Shown here in pieces: positions 1 through 8,120 of a DNA stretch of 18,927 bases. Both the position numbers and the translations under genes were made by a program. The DNA is from a bacterium (lineage in GTDB: Bacteria; Zhuqueibacterota; Zhuqueibacteria; Oceanimicrobiales; Oceanimicrobiaceae), in assembly GCA_046757525.1 (NCBI GenBank), contig JBHHYI010000081.1:1-18927 (forward strand). The letters are read 5' to 3'. Below the pieces are notes generated by a model, which did no database searches, was not told the DNA's origin, and worked only from the letters and a program-made list of their open reading frames with translations. Positions within the stretch are counted from its first letter, which is position 1, and every line of letters begins with the position of its first letter.

Positions 1-25
1 GTTTGTTGTTTTCTTTGGACGGTTT

Positions 26-147
26 GGGGCTGTCCAAAAGGCCTGATTTTCTTAGTAAAACGACATTTATGTCGTGTTTTTTCAAGGCTAATTTCTCGAC
101 ATGAATGTCGAGTTACGTTCAGTTGACCACCCTTTTTGGACAGCCCC
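26..147. mobile_element. MITE-like non-autonomous element with 14-bp perfect terminal inverted repeats and a GTTT flanking direct repeat
   Basis: GGGGCTGTCCAAAA (26-39) is the exact reverse complement of TTTTGGACAGCCCC (134-147). GTTT lies immediately outside both ends (22-25 and 148-151). No transposase ORF inside. From memory the ends resemble the GrGGCTGTCyAAAA ends of IS1182-like elements (not verified). Confidence 0.7.
61..110. repeat. Two copies of the palindrome CGACAT-NN-ATGTCG inside the MITE
   Basis: CGACATTTATGTCG at 61-74 and CGACATGAATGTCG at 97-110; the second extends to CTCGACATGAATGTCGAG (95-112). Confidence 0.85.
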
Positions 148-192
148 GTTTGGTCACAACGACAGTTCCAAGAACAAGTTCAGTCTGACCCA

Positions 193-945
193 ATGACACA
201 TATCATTCACGGCCGCAATCCCATCCTCGAAGCCTTTCGGGCCGGCCATAAAATTGAAAAAATCCTCGTCGCGGTAGAGGTCAAAGGGCCCAGGCTAAAA
301 GAGATTCTCAACTTAGCGCACAAAAATAATGTGCCTGTGGAAAACATTTCCAAAAAGGTCCTGAACCAGCTTTCTGGCACAGCAAAAGCCCAGGGTGTTG
401 CGGCGATTGTAGCGATGCAATCGCTGGCGACGGTGGAGGCCATTCTGCAAAAAAGTCGACAGTTGAACGAACCGCCGTTATTGGCTTTGTTAGACGGCAT
501 CGAAGACCCGCATAATTTCGGGGCCATTCTGCGAAGCGCAGACGGCGCCGGGATTCACGGCGTCGTGGTACCCAAACGCCGTTCGGTTGGCCTTACCCCC
601 ACGGTCACCCGAACTTCCGCCGGGGCTTCAGCGCATGTCCTGGTTGCCCAGGTCTCCAATCTCAACTACACCATCGACCAACTCAAGGCGCAAAACATCT
701 GGATCGTCGGGGCGGATCAAGACGCCAAACAAGAATACTCTGTAGCCGATTTTTCGGGACCGTTAGCCATAACCATCGGGGCAGAAGGGCGCGGCCTGCA
801 TCGTCTGGCCAAAGAGAAATGCGACTTCCTGGTGCGCATCCCCATGTTTGGCAAGATCAATTCCTTAAATGCTTCGGTGGCAGCGGCATTGCTCTTTTTT
901 GAAGCCCGGCGACAGAGAACGCACAAACCTAACCGACGCGACTAA
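193..945 (+). CDS. rlmB: 23S rRNA (guanosine2251-2'-O)-methyltransferase RlmB (SpoU/TrmH family)
   Basis: N-terminal 'IHGRNPILEA' substrate-binding domain. SPOUT motifs 'LDGIEDPHNFGAILRSA', 'IGAEGRGL' and 'RIPMFGKINSLNASVAAA'. ATG at 193 is preferred over TTG at 136, which lies inside the MITE inverted repeat. Confidence 0.93.
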   Translation: MTHIIHGRNPILEAFRAGHKIEKILVAVEVKGPRLKEILNLAHKNNVPVENISKKVLNQLSGTAKAQGVAAIVAMQSLATVEAILQKSRQLNEPPLLALLDGIEDPHNFGAILRSADGAGIHGVVVPKRRSVGLTPTVTRTSAGASAHVLVAQVSNLNYTIDQLKAQNIWIVGADQDAKQEYSVADFSGPLAITIGAEGRGLHRLAKEKCDFLVRIPMFGKINSLNASVAAALLFFEARRQRTHKPNRRD

Positions 946-1054
946 AACACTGGGCGAGCATTTCTTCTCCTCTTACCTCATCCTGCCATAAATTCCTGCA
1001 GGGATGCTGCCGCACGCGCATTAGCACAAAAGACACGAAAATATTTCCAGATGT

Positions 1055-1083
1055 TTGCATTTCAATCAGCGGATTCTTATATT
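1055..1083 (+). promoter_or_regulatory. sigma70-like promoter for the DUF47-PiT operon
   Basis: -35 TTGCAT (1055-1060), 17-bp spacer, -10 TATATT (1078-1083). An AAGGAAGG RBS-like sequence precedes ATG 1160. Confidence 0.55.
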
Positions 1084-1159
1084 CACGCGAGCATTGGGTT
1101 ACCGCTAAGAATTCATTGCGTGAGTCAAGAATTAAATTAACAAGGAAGGTAAATCTACC

Positions 1160-1834
1160 ATGCGTACCATAGCCAAACTTTTTGGTCATTCGCCTTTTGC
1201 GCCGCTGCAAATGCACATGAACAAAGTAACTGATTGCGTTGAGAAAGTCAGTGAGATTTTCAGTGCTCTGGACAAAGGTGAACAGGAAAACATAGAAGCG
1301 CTGGCAAGGGAACTCTCGACTCTGGAACACACTGCTGACCTGGCGAAGAATGACATTCGCAACAACCTGCCCAAGGGTCTGTTCCTGGCTGTGAACCGGG
1401 CAAATATTCTGGAAATATTGGCCCTGCAAGACAGCATTGCGGACAAGTCAGAGGATATCGGCGTGCTTTTGACCTATCGTAAGTTAGGGATTGCTGACGA
1501 AATGAAAGAGCACTTTAACGCCTTTCTGGAGAAAAACTTGGACACGTTCCATGCGGCTGAACGAATTATTCAACAAATGGACGAGCTCCTGCAGACCTCC
1601 TTTGGTGGTAAGGAGGCCGAAAAAGTCAAGAAAATGGTGGACGAGGTAGCCTTCAAAGAGCACGAGGCAGACCTCCTGCAACAAGAGCTGCTCAAAAAGC
1701 TGTTCAGCATCGAAAACAAGTTGTCGTACAGCTCTTTTATCTTGTGGCTGCGAACCATTGAAACCCTGGGTGCCATTTCAAACCTGGCTGAAAAACTGGG
1801 CAATCGAGTACGAATGACTCTGGAGTTAAAATAG
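1160..1834 (+). CDS. DUF47/TIGR00153 family PhoU-like phosphate transport regulator (Pit accessory protein)
   Basis: 'LFGHSPFAPLQMHM' N-terminus, two 'EHxAD' motifs (EHTAD, EHEAD), 'QDSIADKSED'; 224 aa; directly upstream of a PiT gene. Confidence 0.92.
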   Translation: MRTIAKLFGHSPFAPLQMHMNKVTDCVEKVSEIFSALDKGEQENIEALARELSTLEHTADLAKNDIRNNLPKGLFLAVNRANILEILALQDSIADKSEDIGVLLTYRKLGIADEMKEHFNAFLEKNLDTFHAAERIIQQMDELLQTSFGGKEAEKVKKMVDEVAFKEHEADLLQQELLKKLFSIENKLSYSSFILWLRTIETLGAISNLAEKLGNRVRMTLELK

Positions 1835-1894
1835 ATTGAGCCAGCAATAACTGCGTATGCTGTCCAACAGGTCTAAACAATTCGGAGGGAAGGA

Positions 1895-3319
1895 ATGGGC
1901 ATAGAGACAATTCTGTTAATTGTCGCATTGATCTTTGGCTTTTACATGGCCTGGAGTATTGGTGCCAACGACGTCGCCAATGCCATGGGCACTTCGGTGG
2001 GTTCTAAGGCCTTGACTCTAAAAAAAGCGGTGGTCTTAGCTGCAATCCTGGAGTTCTCCGGCGCTTTTTTTGTGGGCACCCACGTTTCTGAAACGGTACG
2101 CAAAGGAATCATCAATCCCGAAGTATTCAGCAGCACGCCGATCATTTTCGTTTACGGCATGATGGCGGCTTTGCTCGCTGCCGCGATCTGGCTGCAGTTG
2201 GCTTCCTATTTTGGCTGGCCCGTTTCCACGACGCATTCAATCGTCGGCTCCATTCTCGGGTTTGGCATCGTGGTCGGCGGCATGCGCGCGATTTACTGGG
2301 GAAAAGTCTCGTCCATTGTCGCGAGTTGGGTGGTTTCACCGGTGCTGAGCGGCAGCATTTCGTTTTTGATCTTCACTTACCTGCGCAAGACCATTTTCTT
2401 TGCTAGAAAGCCCATCCAAGCCGCCAAAAAGGTCACACCCTATTTAGTGTTCTGTGTTTTTATGGTGCTGACTTTGGTCATGATGTTTAAGGGTTTGAAG
2501 AATCTTCATCTAAATTTGTCTTTTCCCCATGCCCTCGGCATTGGCATTCTGGTGGGCTTGCTGGCCGCAGGGATTAGTCATCTTCTGGTTTCAAGAATAG
2601 AGGCCGAACCAACGGCGGAGCGAGAACGGACTTTCCAACCCGCCCAGGTTGTTCACGGGTTGGAGAAAGCGGTCAAGCACCTGGAGAGGGTCAAAGAGGC
2701 TTCGGTTGGCGCAGTCCAATACCAGGTTGCCCGTCTGTTCGATGAAGTGGAGAACCTGACGAGCTCGGTAAAACAGGGGACTAACGTGGAGTCGGGGAGT
2801 TCCGAGTTCAAGGCAGTGGAGAAAATATTCGTCTATTTGCAAATCTTAAGCGCGAGCCTTGTGGCCTTCGCACACGGCGCCAACGATGTGGCCAATGCCA
2901 TTGGACCGCTCTCCGCGGTCATTGCCGTGCTGAGCACCGGAATCGTGGCGGTAAAATCCGCGGTGCCCATCTGGGTGCTGGCTTTGGGCGGCGTTGGCAT
3001 CATCTTTGGGCTGGCCACCTGGGGCTGGCGGGTCATAGAAACTGTTGGCAAAAGAATTACCGATCTCACCCCCTCGCGAGGGTTCTCTGCCGAGTTCGGC
3101 GCCGCCCTGACCATCGTGTTTGCTTCCAAGTTGGGCCTGCCCATCTCTACCACCCACACGCTGGTTGGCGCCGTCCTGGGCGTGGGCCTGGCGCGCGGTA
3201 TTGGCGCATTGAATCTGAACACCGTGCGAGACATCGTCATTTCCTGGATTGTCACCATTCCCGCCGGTGCCGGCATGGCCATTTTGTTCTTCTACGTGCT
3301 CAAAGCCTTGTTCGGCTAA
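1895..3319 (+). CDS. pit: Inorganic phosphate transporter, PiT family
   Basis: Two PiT signature motifs 'GANDVANA' (N- and C-terminal halves), 'GWPVSTTHSIVG' and 'GLPISTTHTLVG'; many hydrophobic segments; RBS GGAGGGAAGG. Confidence 0.95.
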   Translation: MGIETILLIVALIFGFYMAWSIGANDVANAMGTSVGSKALTLKKAVVLAAILEFSGAFFVGTHVSETVRKGIINPEVFSSTPIIFVYGMMAALLAAAIWLQLASYFGWPVSTTHSIVGSILGFGIVVGGMRAIYWGKVSSIVASWVVSPVLSGSISFLIFTYLRKTIFFARKPIQAAKKVTPYLVFCVFMVLTLVMMFKGLKNLHLNLSFPHALGIGILVGLLAAGISHLLVSRIEAEPTAERERTFQPAQVVHGLEKAVKHLERVKEASVGAVQYQVARLFDEVENLTSSVKQGTNVESGSSEFKAVEKIFVYLQILSASLVAFAHGANDVANAIGPLSAVIAVLSTGIVAVKSAVPIWVLALGGVGIIFGLATWGWRVIETVGKRITDLTPSRGFSAEFGAALTIVFASKLGLPISTTHTLVGAVLGVGLARGIGALNLNTVRDIVISWIVTIPAGAGMAILFFYVLKALFG

Positions 3320-3387
3320 CCTTCAAGGTACAGCCCAGCGCGCTATCGCAAAAGCAACAATTTTTTTACCTCCTCCTCCTGATGTGA

Positions 3388-5022
3388 TTAGATTAGAGCC
3401 AATACGCCAATCATAACCAGAAACCAAAGAAACAGAATGCCATAATAGAGAGGCCAATTTCTTTTGGAGCCGTGAGGAGCCATGTGCGAACTCCTGTTCC
3501 ACACCAGTCTCCGAATCGTTTCATAGTTGACTTGCTCGAAAGCATAACTCATCGCATAGCCGACCGCAACCGTCACTCCGCAACCAATGGCATTCCACCA
3601 CAACCAGGAAACACCGGGCACGTAAAGCCAGAAGTACAGGTTGACAAAAAATCCGGCTACAATCCCGACGATGACACCACGGTCGTTAGCTCTTTTGGTT
3701 AAAATGGCTAACAGGAAGGTCCCCAGGATGGCTCCGTTCGCCAATGAGCCGATTTTATTGATGGAAACGATGATGGAGTCGGAAATATCCCCGACGAAGA
3801 ATGAAAAGCCGACACACATGATGCCCCAAAACACGGTCACGCCTTTTGAAATGAGCAAGTCTTGTTTGGGCGTCCTTTGCTCAGGACGCTCAAAGAACCG
3901 GTCGATGATGTCCCTCACAGTAGTGGCGCTCAGGGAATTCAGCGTGGAGTCCAGGCTGGACATGGCCGCCGCAAAAAGCGCGATAATGATCAAACCGATG
4001 AAGCCGTGCGGCAAGTAATCCAGGACAAAAATAGGCACGGCGGCGTTGAAATTGGGAACGTGGTTCACGAGGCCGTTTTCTATGACCTCCCGCGTGGGCA
4101 ATCTGTTGAGGAAATGCGGGTGGATGTTCGCAAATGCGCCTATGGCCACGCCCAAGAAACAATAACCCAGCACCACTGGAAAGCGCAGCATGCCATTCAT
4201 GAACAGAGACAAATTGCTGTCATCCACGTCCTTTGTGGAAAGTTGCCTTTGCACCTGAGTCTGGTTGCAGCCATAATACGCCACATAAAGGAAAAAACCA
4301 CCCACCAGCATGGGCAAAAAGGCAAAGGTGGCGTTGTCACCCAAACCATGGCCAGAAAAGTCCAGGGACTGCAAACGCGTGGCGTCAAAATTCTCCAGGA
4401 CCTTGTCAAATCCGCCGGAAAGCGACACTGCAAACGCACTGGCCACAATAATGCCAATAACCAAAATGATCATTTGAATGACGTCGGAGGCAATGACGCT
4501 TCTCATTCCGCCCAGAGTATCGTAGATGATGGTAACCACGCCAAGGAGCGCCACTGCCAACCAAAAGGGAATGTTGAGGCAAGCCTGCAACACCAATGAA
4601 ATACCATAAACCGTCACCCCGGTGCCAAAGGCCACGATGAATTGAAACAGAAGACTCAATATCATACGCGAACCAACGCCAAGGCGCAGTTCCAGATATT
4701 CGTAGATTGAAATCACATTGGCTCTCTTGAAAAATGGAATCAAGAAGATCATAATGAAAATCATCGCCAGGGGCACGGCCAACTCGTACTGCAACCAGAG
4801 CAGTCCCCCACCCAGGGAGAAAGCGACAAAAGCCGGGGCTCCAAGCATAGAATTCGTGCTGAGCTGTGTCGCCATACTCGAAACCCCCACCGGCAGCCAA
4901 TGCACTTTGTTGCCCCCCAAATAATAGTCTCTTTCGTTGATCTGCGATTTTCCCAGCCGATAGCTCAGCATTATTAATGCAACTATGTACAACGCCATGA
5001 TTACCCAATCCAGATAATTCAT
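3388..5022 (-). CDS. Sodium:solute symporter (SSS/SLC5 family), substrate unknown
   Basis: 'DYYLGGNKVHW', 'IYEYLELRLG', 'YDTLGGMRSVIASDVIQ', 'QTQVQR', Na-site motif 'FAAAMSSLDSTLNSLS'; about 13-14 hydrophobic segments; GAGAGAGG RBS upstream. Confidence 0.93.
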   Translation of the reverse strand: MNYLDWVIMALYIVALIMLSYRLGKSQINERDYYLGGNKVHWLPVGVSSMATQLSTNSMLGAPAFVAFSLGGGLLWLQYELAVPLAMIFIMIFLIPFFKRANVISIYEYLELRLGVGSRMILSLLFQFIVAFGTGVTVYGISLVLQACLNIPFWLAVALLGVVTIIYDTLGGMRSVIASDVIQMIILVIGIIVASAFAVSLSGGFDKVLENFDATRLQSLDFSGHGLGDNATFAFLPMLVGGFFLYVAYYGCNQTQVQRQLSTKDVDDSNLSLFMNGMLRFPVVLGYCFLGVAIGAFANIHPHFLNRLPTREVIENGLVNHVPNFNAAVPIFVLDYLPHGFIGLIIIALFAAAMSSLDSTLNSLSATTVRDIIDRFFERPEQRTPKQDLLISKGVTVFWGIMCVGFSFFVGDISDSIIVSINKIGSLANGAILGTFLLAILTKRANDRGVIVGIVAGFFVNLYFWLYVPGVSWLWWNAIGCGVTVAVGYAMSYAFEQVNYETIRRLVWNRSSHMAPHGSKRNWPLYYGILFLWFLVMIGVLALI

Positions 5023-5189
5023 CGAATCCTCTCTCTCAGGACTTCATTGCAAAGTTAATCGTCAGTTTTTTTCTTGTGCTCCTCCTGGTGGTCAGGGTCG
5101 TCGAATCCTGAACTTCACCCCTGGACTCGGCTCAGATGGAGTTTCCAGCCAAGTGTTGAGGTAATGCGAACGTCCCGTTTGCGCAGCTT

Positions 5190-5219
5190 GACGTCAACCT
5201 TTTGAAAAAGGTCACCGTC
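5190..5219 (-). other. Stem-loop just downstream of the PPIase-like gene (possible terminator or mRNA-stabilising hairpin)
   Basis: Minus strand GACGGTGACCTTT-TTCA-AAAGGTTGACGTC forms a 13-position stem with one mismatch and two G:U pairs. There is no U-tract, so it is not a canonical intrinsic terminator. Confidence 0.4.
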
Positions 5220-5242
5220 TTCGCACCTTGCAGCAATTTAGT

Positions 5243-7024
5243 TTACAGTCGGCTTACTTTTAGCAAGTCCATGGGCCGCCCGAGACCTAATTCATCCGAA
5301 GTCTTAATCGAGGACAAAACGGACTCATCTACCGTCACAGGATTTCTTTTTTTGACGTTTGCAAGAAAGCCATTCAGGACCAGGCGCCTTTTGGTCTGCA
5401 AAGCATCTTTTGAAACTTTGTCATAGATTCTTTGTAGGTCCGGGGTTTGTTGGGGTTTGCGAGCAATGAGTTTGAAAACAGAATAACCTACGGTGAAGGT
5501 GTCCAATTTAACCGCAACAGGTTTTGACAGCTCTCCGATGCGCAGGGTAAAAGCCTTTTTGCCAACGTTGCCAAACGCCCCTGAAGCAAAATATCTCATT
5601 TCCCCACCTTTCTTGGCTGCCCATTTACGCACCGAAAACTTTCGAGCCAATGCCGCCAGATTCGCGCCTTTCTGGATGGCCTGGTATAAGGAATCGGCCA
5701 ATGGAAAATTCCGCACCATCACCTCTCTAATCTTCACCATCTCGGGAATCTGGTAGCGGGCCAGGTTGTTGGCGTAAAACTGTTCTACCTCCTGACTGGA
5801 CACTTTCAACGTGTCCAGCACAGCGCTGCGCATTCGCATGGCTACGACTTCGTCACGGATGCGCTTGACCTCCTCTCGCACCGATCTGCTTTCTTCCAAA
5901 TGTCGTTTATAGCCTTCTTGAGCGAGGAATTCATCTCTTACCATCACCGACAGGGCAACCGTGAGAGTCTGGGGGTTGGTTAAATCAGGCCGCGCTTCAG
6001 GATGGGCCACTTTAACACGATCCAAAAAGTCGCCAACGGTCCAGAAGCCACCTTCAAAAACCACGAGTTTTTTGTCTAACAAATCTTTCATGAACGGACG
6101 GACTTTTCGCACCTGAAAATAAGGTGGAATGCGCGCTCCGCGGTCGTCGCTTTTTATGGCTTCTTTGGCTCTTTTAGTCAATTCCAACAAAACCGGGCCA
6201 TTGGCTTTGGGGTGCACGGATTCCATCAACGCACGCGCATACTGTCGGGCCAACCTCGCCTCTTGGCGGCGGCGGAGTATAGTTTCGACATAATGATGGC
6301 GCTCCTGATACCCATATTCCGTGAGCAAGAGATTCTCTTTGCGATCTAACAACTGCACCAAATGATAGCCAACCCGAGTCTTGATGGGCGCGGAAACTTC
6401 ATTCTTGTTAAGACCAAACATGGCAGTTTCAAGTCGCTCGTCAAGTTCACCCCAGGTAAACTCCCTGGGAGTGAGCAGATATTTCAGTTGAGTTTCGGAA
6501 TCAGCTAACTCCATAGCCACTTGTCCGAACGATTCACCCTTTTGCAAACGATGGTACACGTCAACCGCTTTCTTCTCGGTTTTAAACACGAGTTGTCGCA
6601 CCGACAGTTTTTCATTCAAAAAAACATAAGCGTCTCTAATTTCGTCTTCATTTACTGAAACCTGGTTGTGCACAACGGTTCGGTAAAGCTCCTGAATCAC
6701 TGACTGCTTTTCATACCACTTCAACAGACGTTGTACGTCTTCTTGTTGGTCAAGGCCATGCTGCAAGCCGGCAATCGTCAAAAGCTTTTTGTCAATGAGG
6801 GATTGCAGGTGGGCTTTCTTCTTGTTTTGAACCGGATTGTGAGAATTGCCCGGATTGGCCGGCGCTAACTCATAATCGATTCTAAAATCCCTGGCACTAA
6901 TGGCAATGTCACCGACCCTGGCGACAATGGAATCATCATGGGTCGTATGCTTAGCACACGCACAGAAGGTAAACAGAACGGCAACGACAGCGGAAAATAG
7001 GATTCGGTTATTTTCAAACTTCAC
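5243..7024 (-). CDS. SurA/PrsA-like foldase lipoprotein with two parvulin (PpiC-type) PPIase domains
   Basis: GTG start, hydrophobic signal and lipobox-like 'FCAC'. SurA-N-like 'IVARVGDIAIS' and 'LQSLIDKKLL'. Parvulin motifs 'GESFGQVA..EVSAPIKTRVGYHLVQL' and 'LAALARKFS..KGGEMRYF..GELSKPV'. Confidence 0.85.
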   Translation of the reverse strand: MKFENNRILFSAVVAVLFTFCACAKHTTHDDSIVARVGDIAISARDFRIDYELAPANPGNSHNPVQNKKKAHLQSLIDKKLLTIAGLQHGLDQQEDVQRLLKWYEKQSVIQELYRTVVHNQVSVNEDEIRDAYVFLNEKLSVRQLVFKTEKKAVDVYHRLQKGESFGQVAMELADSETQLKYLLTPREFTWGELDERLETAMFGLNKNEVSAPIKTRVGYHLVQLLDRKENLLLTEYGYQERHHYVETILRRRQEARLARQYARALMESVHPKANGPVLLELTKRAKEAIKSDDRGARIPPYFQVRKVRPFMKDLLDKKLVVFEGGFWTVGDFLDRVKVAHPEARPDLTNPQTLTVALSVMVRDEFLAQEGYKRHLEESRSVREEVKRIRDEVVAMRMRSAVLDTLKVSSQEVEQFYANNLARYQIPEMVKIREVMVRNFPLADSLYQAIQKGANLAALARKFSVRKWAAKKGGEMRYFASGAFGNVGKKAFTLRIGELSKPVAVKLDTFTVGYSVFKLIARKPQQTPDLQRIYDKVSKDALQTKRRLVLNGFLANVKKRNPVTVDESVLSSIKTSDELGLGRPMDLLKVSRL

Positions 7025-7055
7025 AAATAGCTCAGATTAAACTTTGCACAACGGG

Positions 7056-8093
7056 TTAAAAATAGATGGAAATCGAAAACTCTTGCACGTTGTCCAACAA
7101 ACCGAAATCACCGTAGGCATAATCAAACTGAAAAGTGGTTTCTCCGAAGAGTTTTTGCTTTACACCAGCACCAAGGGTAAGGCCTTCCTCGCTATCGCTC
7201 AGAAATAACGTTCTGTACCCTGCCCGCAAGGCGAAAAAGTTGTTGAAAACGTATTCGCCGCCGACATTTAAATACTGGTCATTGTCGCTTGGCACAATAC
7301 CGTCGACCGCCACCGTCGCAACGTTGTTTTCCGACCTCAGGACCTTCATCGCTACGCCGACGCGAAAGGTCAAGGGCAGTTGGAAGTCCTCGGTTTCCAG
7401 GTTTGCAAAAATGCGGTCATTGTTGCCGAATTCGTTCGGCGAAATGTCCACTTCGACTTGCGTATCGATGCCCGAGAGCTGCATGTCGCCGCCAAAGTTA
7501 GAAATGCTGAAGCCAATGACCATATCGTTCAAGCTGGTACGAAAAAGGGTTCCAAAATCAACGGCAACCGTGCTGGCGGAACTGTTGAAGATGCTTTCCC
7601 GGATGAATTTGAAATTGGCACCAATGGAAAACCGGTCGGTGAGAAAGCGCGCATAAGAAACCCCCAGAGCGATATCATTAGCGCCGAAGAATTCCCCGGT
7701 GCCTTCAGGTTGGGACACTGTTCTCACCTGCAAGTCTGGCATGGATAGGCTGGTTATGAAAGCTCCCAGCGTACCGAAATTTCCAACCTGAAAAGCGACG
7801 CCAGCAAAATCAAAATTCACGTCTGCAATCCACTCGGTATGCGAAAACATCAAGGCGTTGTTGGATAAGTCCGCGATGCCGGCAGGGTTCCAATACAGCG
7901 CAGAAATATCATCCGCAAGCCCCACAAACGCTCCGCCCATGGCTTTGGCACGCGGGCCAACCTCGATGGAAAGAAAGGTTGCTGCTGTGAGGCCGGTTTT
8001 AGTTAGACCGGAAAGTTGCGCCCTGGCGTTCCCGTTCAAAAACAAAATTAGCGCAAAAATTGCCAGTGGTAGTTTAGACAGTCTATGCATCAT
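7056..8093 (-). CDS. PorV/PorQ family (FadL-like) outer-membrane beta-barrel, T9SS shuttle paralog
   Basis: Signal peptide; 'FLSIEVGPRAKAMGGAFVGLADDISALYWNPAG' is characteristic of the PorV/PorQ family; 'ALRAGY', 'FDYAY'; C-terminal Phe; GGAGG RBS at 8100-8104. Confidence 0.88.
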   Translation of the reverse strand: MMHRLSKLPLAIFALILFLNGNARAQLSGLTKTGLTAATFLSIEVGPRAKAMGGAFVGLADDISALYWNPAGIADLSNNALMFSHTEWIADVNFDFAGVAFQVGNFGTLGAFITSLSMPDLQVRTVSQPEGTGEFFGANDIALGVSYARFLTDRFSIGANFKFIRESIFNSSASTVAVDFGTLFRTSLNDMVIGFSISNFGGDMQLSGIDTQVEVDISPNEFGNNDRIFANLETEDFQLPLTFRVGVAMKVLRSENNVATVAVDGIVPSDNDQYLNVGGEYVFNNFFALRAGYRTLFLSDSEEGLTLGAGVKQKLFGETTFQFDYAYGDFGLLDNVQEFSISIYF

Positions 8094-8120
8094 TAAATAC
8101 CTCCAAAAATACTTGTCATT

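Noticed and set aside
61..112. CRISPR-like repeat-spacer-repeat
   Set aside because: Only two 14-bp units with a 22-bp gap, enclosed by TIRs, and no cas genes in the window.
136..192. N-terminal extension of RlmB from TTG at 136
   Set aside because: The TTG lies within the MITE right TIR, and RlmB similarity begins at Met 193.
1146..1156. AAGGTAAATCT shared with 16927-16937
   Set aside because: An 11-mer match is expected by chance in 19 kb, and the two copies have opposite orientations relative to their downstream genes.
946..1159. Pho box or c-di-GMP-I riboswitch (GGGTTACCG) upstream of DUF47-pit
   Set aside because: No CTGTCAT-like 11-bp-period repeats, and the GGCAAAC..GAAA..GACGCAAA core of the riboswitch is absent.
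929..1429. 166-aa - strand ORF
   Set aside because: Antisense to DUF47 and its promoter region, with no recognisable motif.
3320..3387. Bidirectional terminator between the convergent pit and SSS genes
   Set aside because: A T-run is present, but no convincing GC stem precedes it.
3862..4599. 245-aa + strand ORF and the other short overlapping ORFs in the track
   Set aside because: They are antisense or off-frame shadows of well-supported genes, with no recognisable motifs.
5028..5140. Glycine riboswitch-like CTCTCAGG and TPP riboswitch-like AGGGGTG/CTGAG words upstream of the symporter
   Set aside because: CTCTCAGG is on the wrong strand and is just the complement of the RBS region. The TPP-like words are in the wrong order and the rest of the aptamer is missing.
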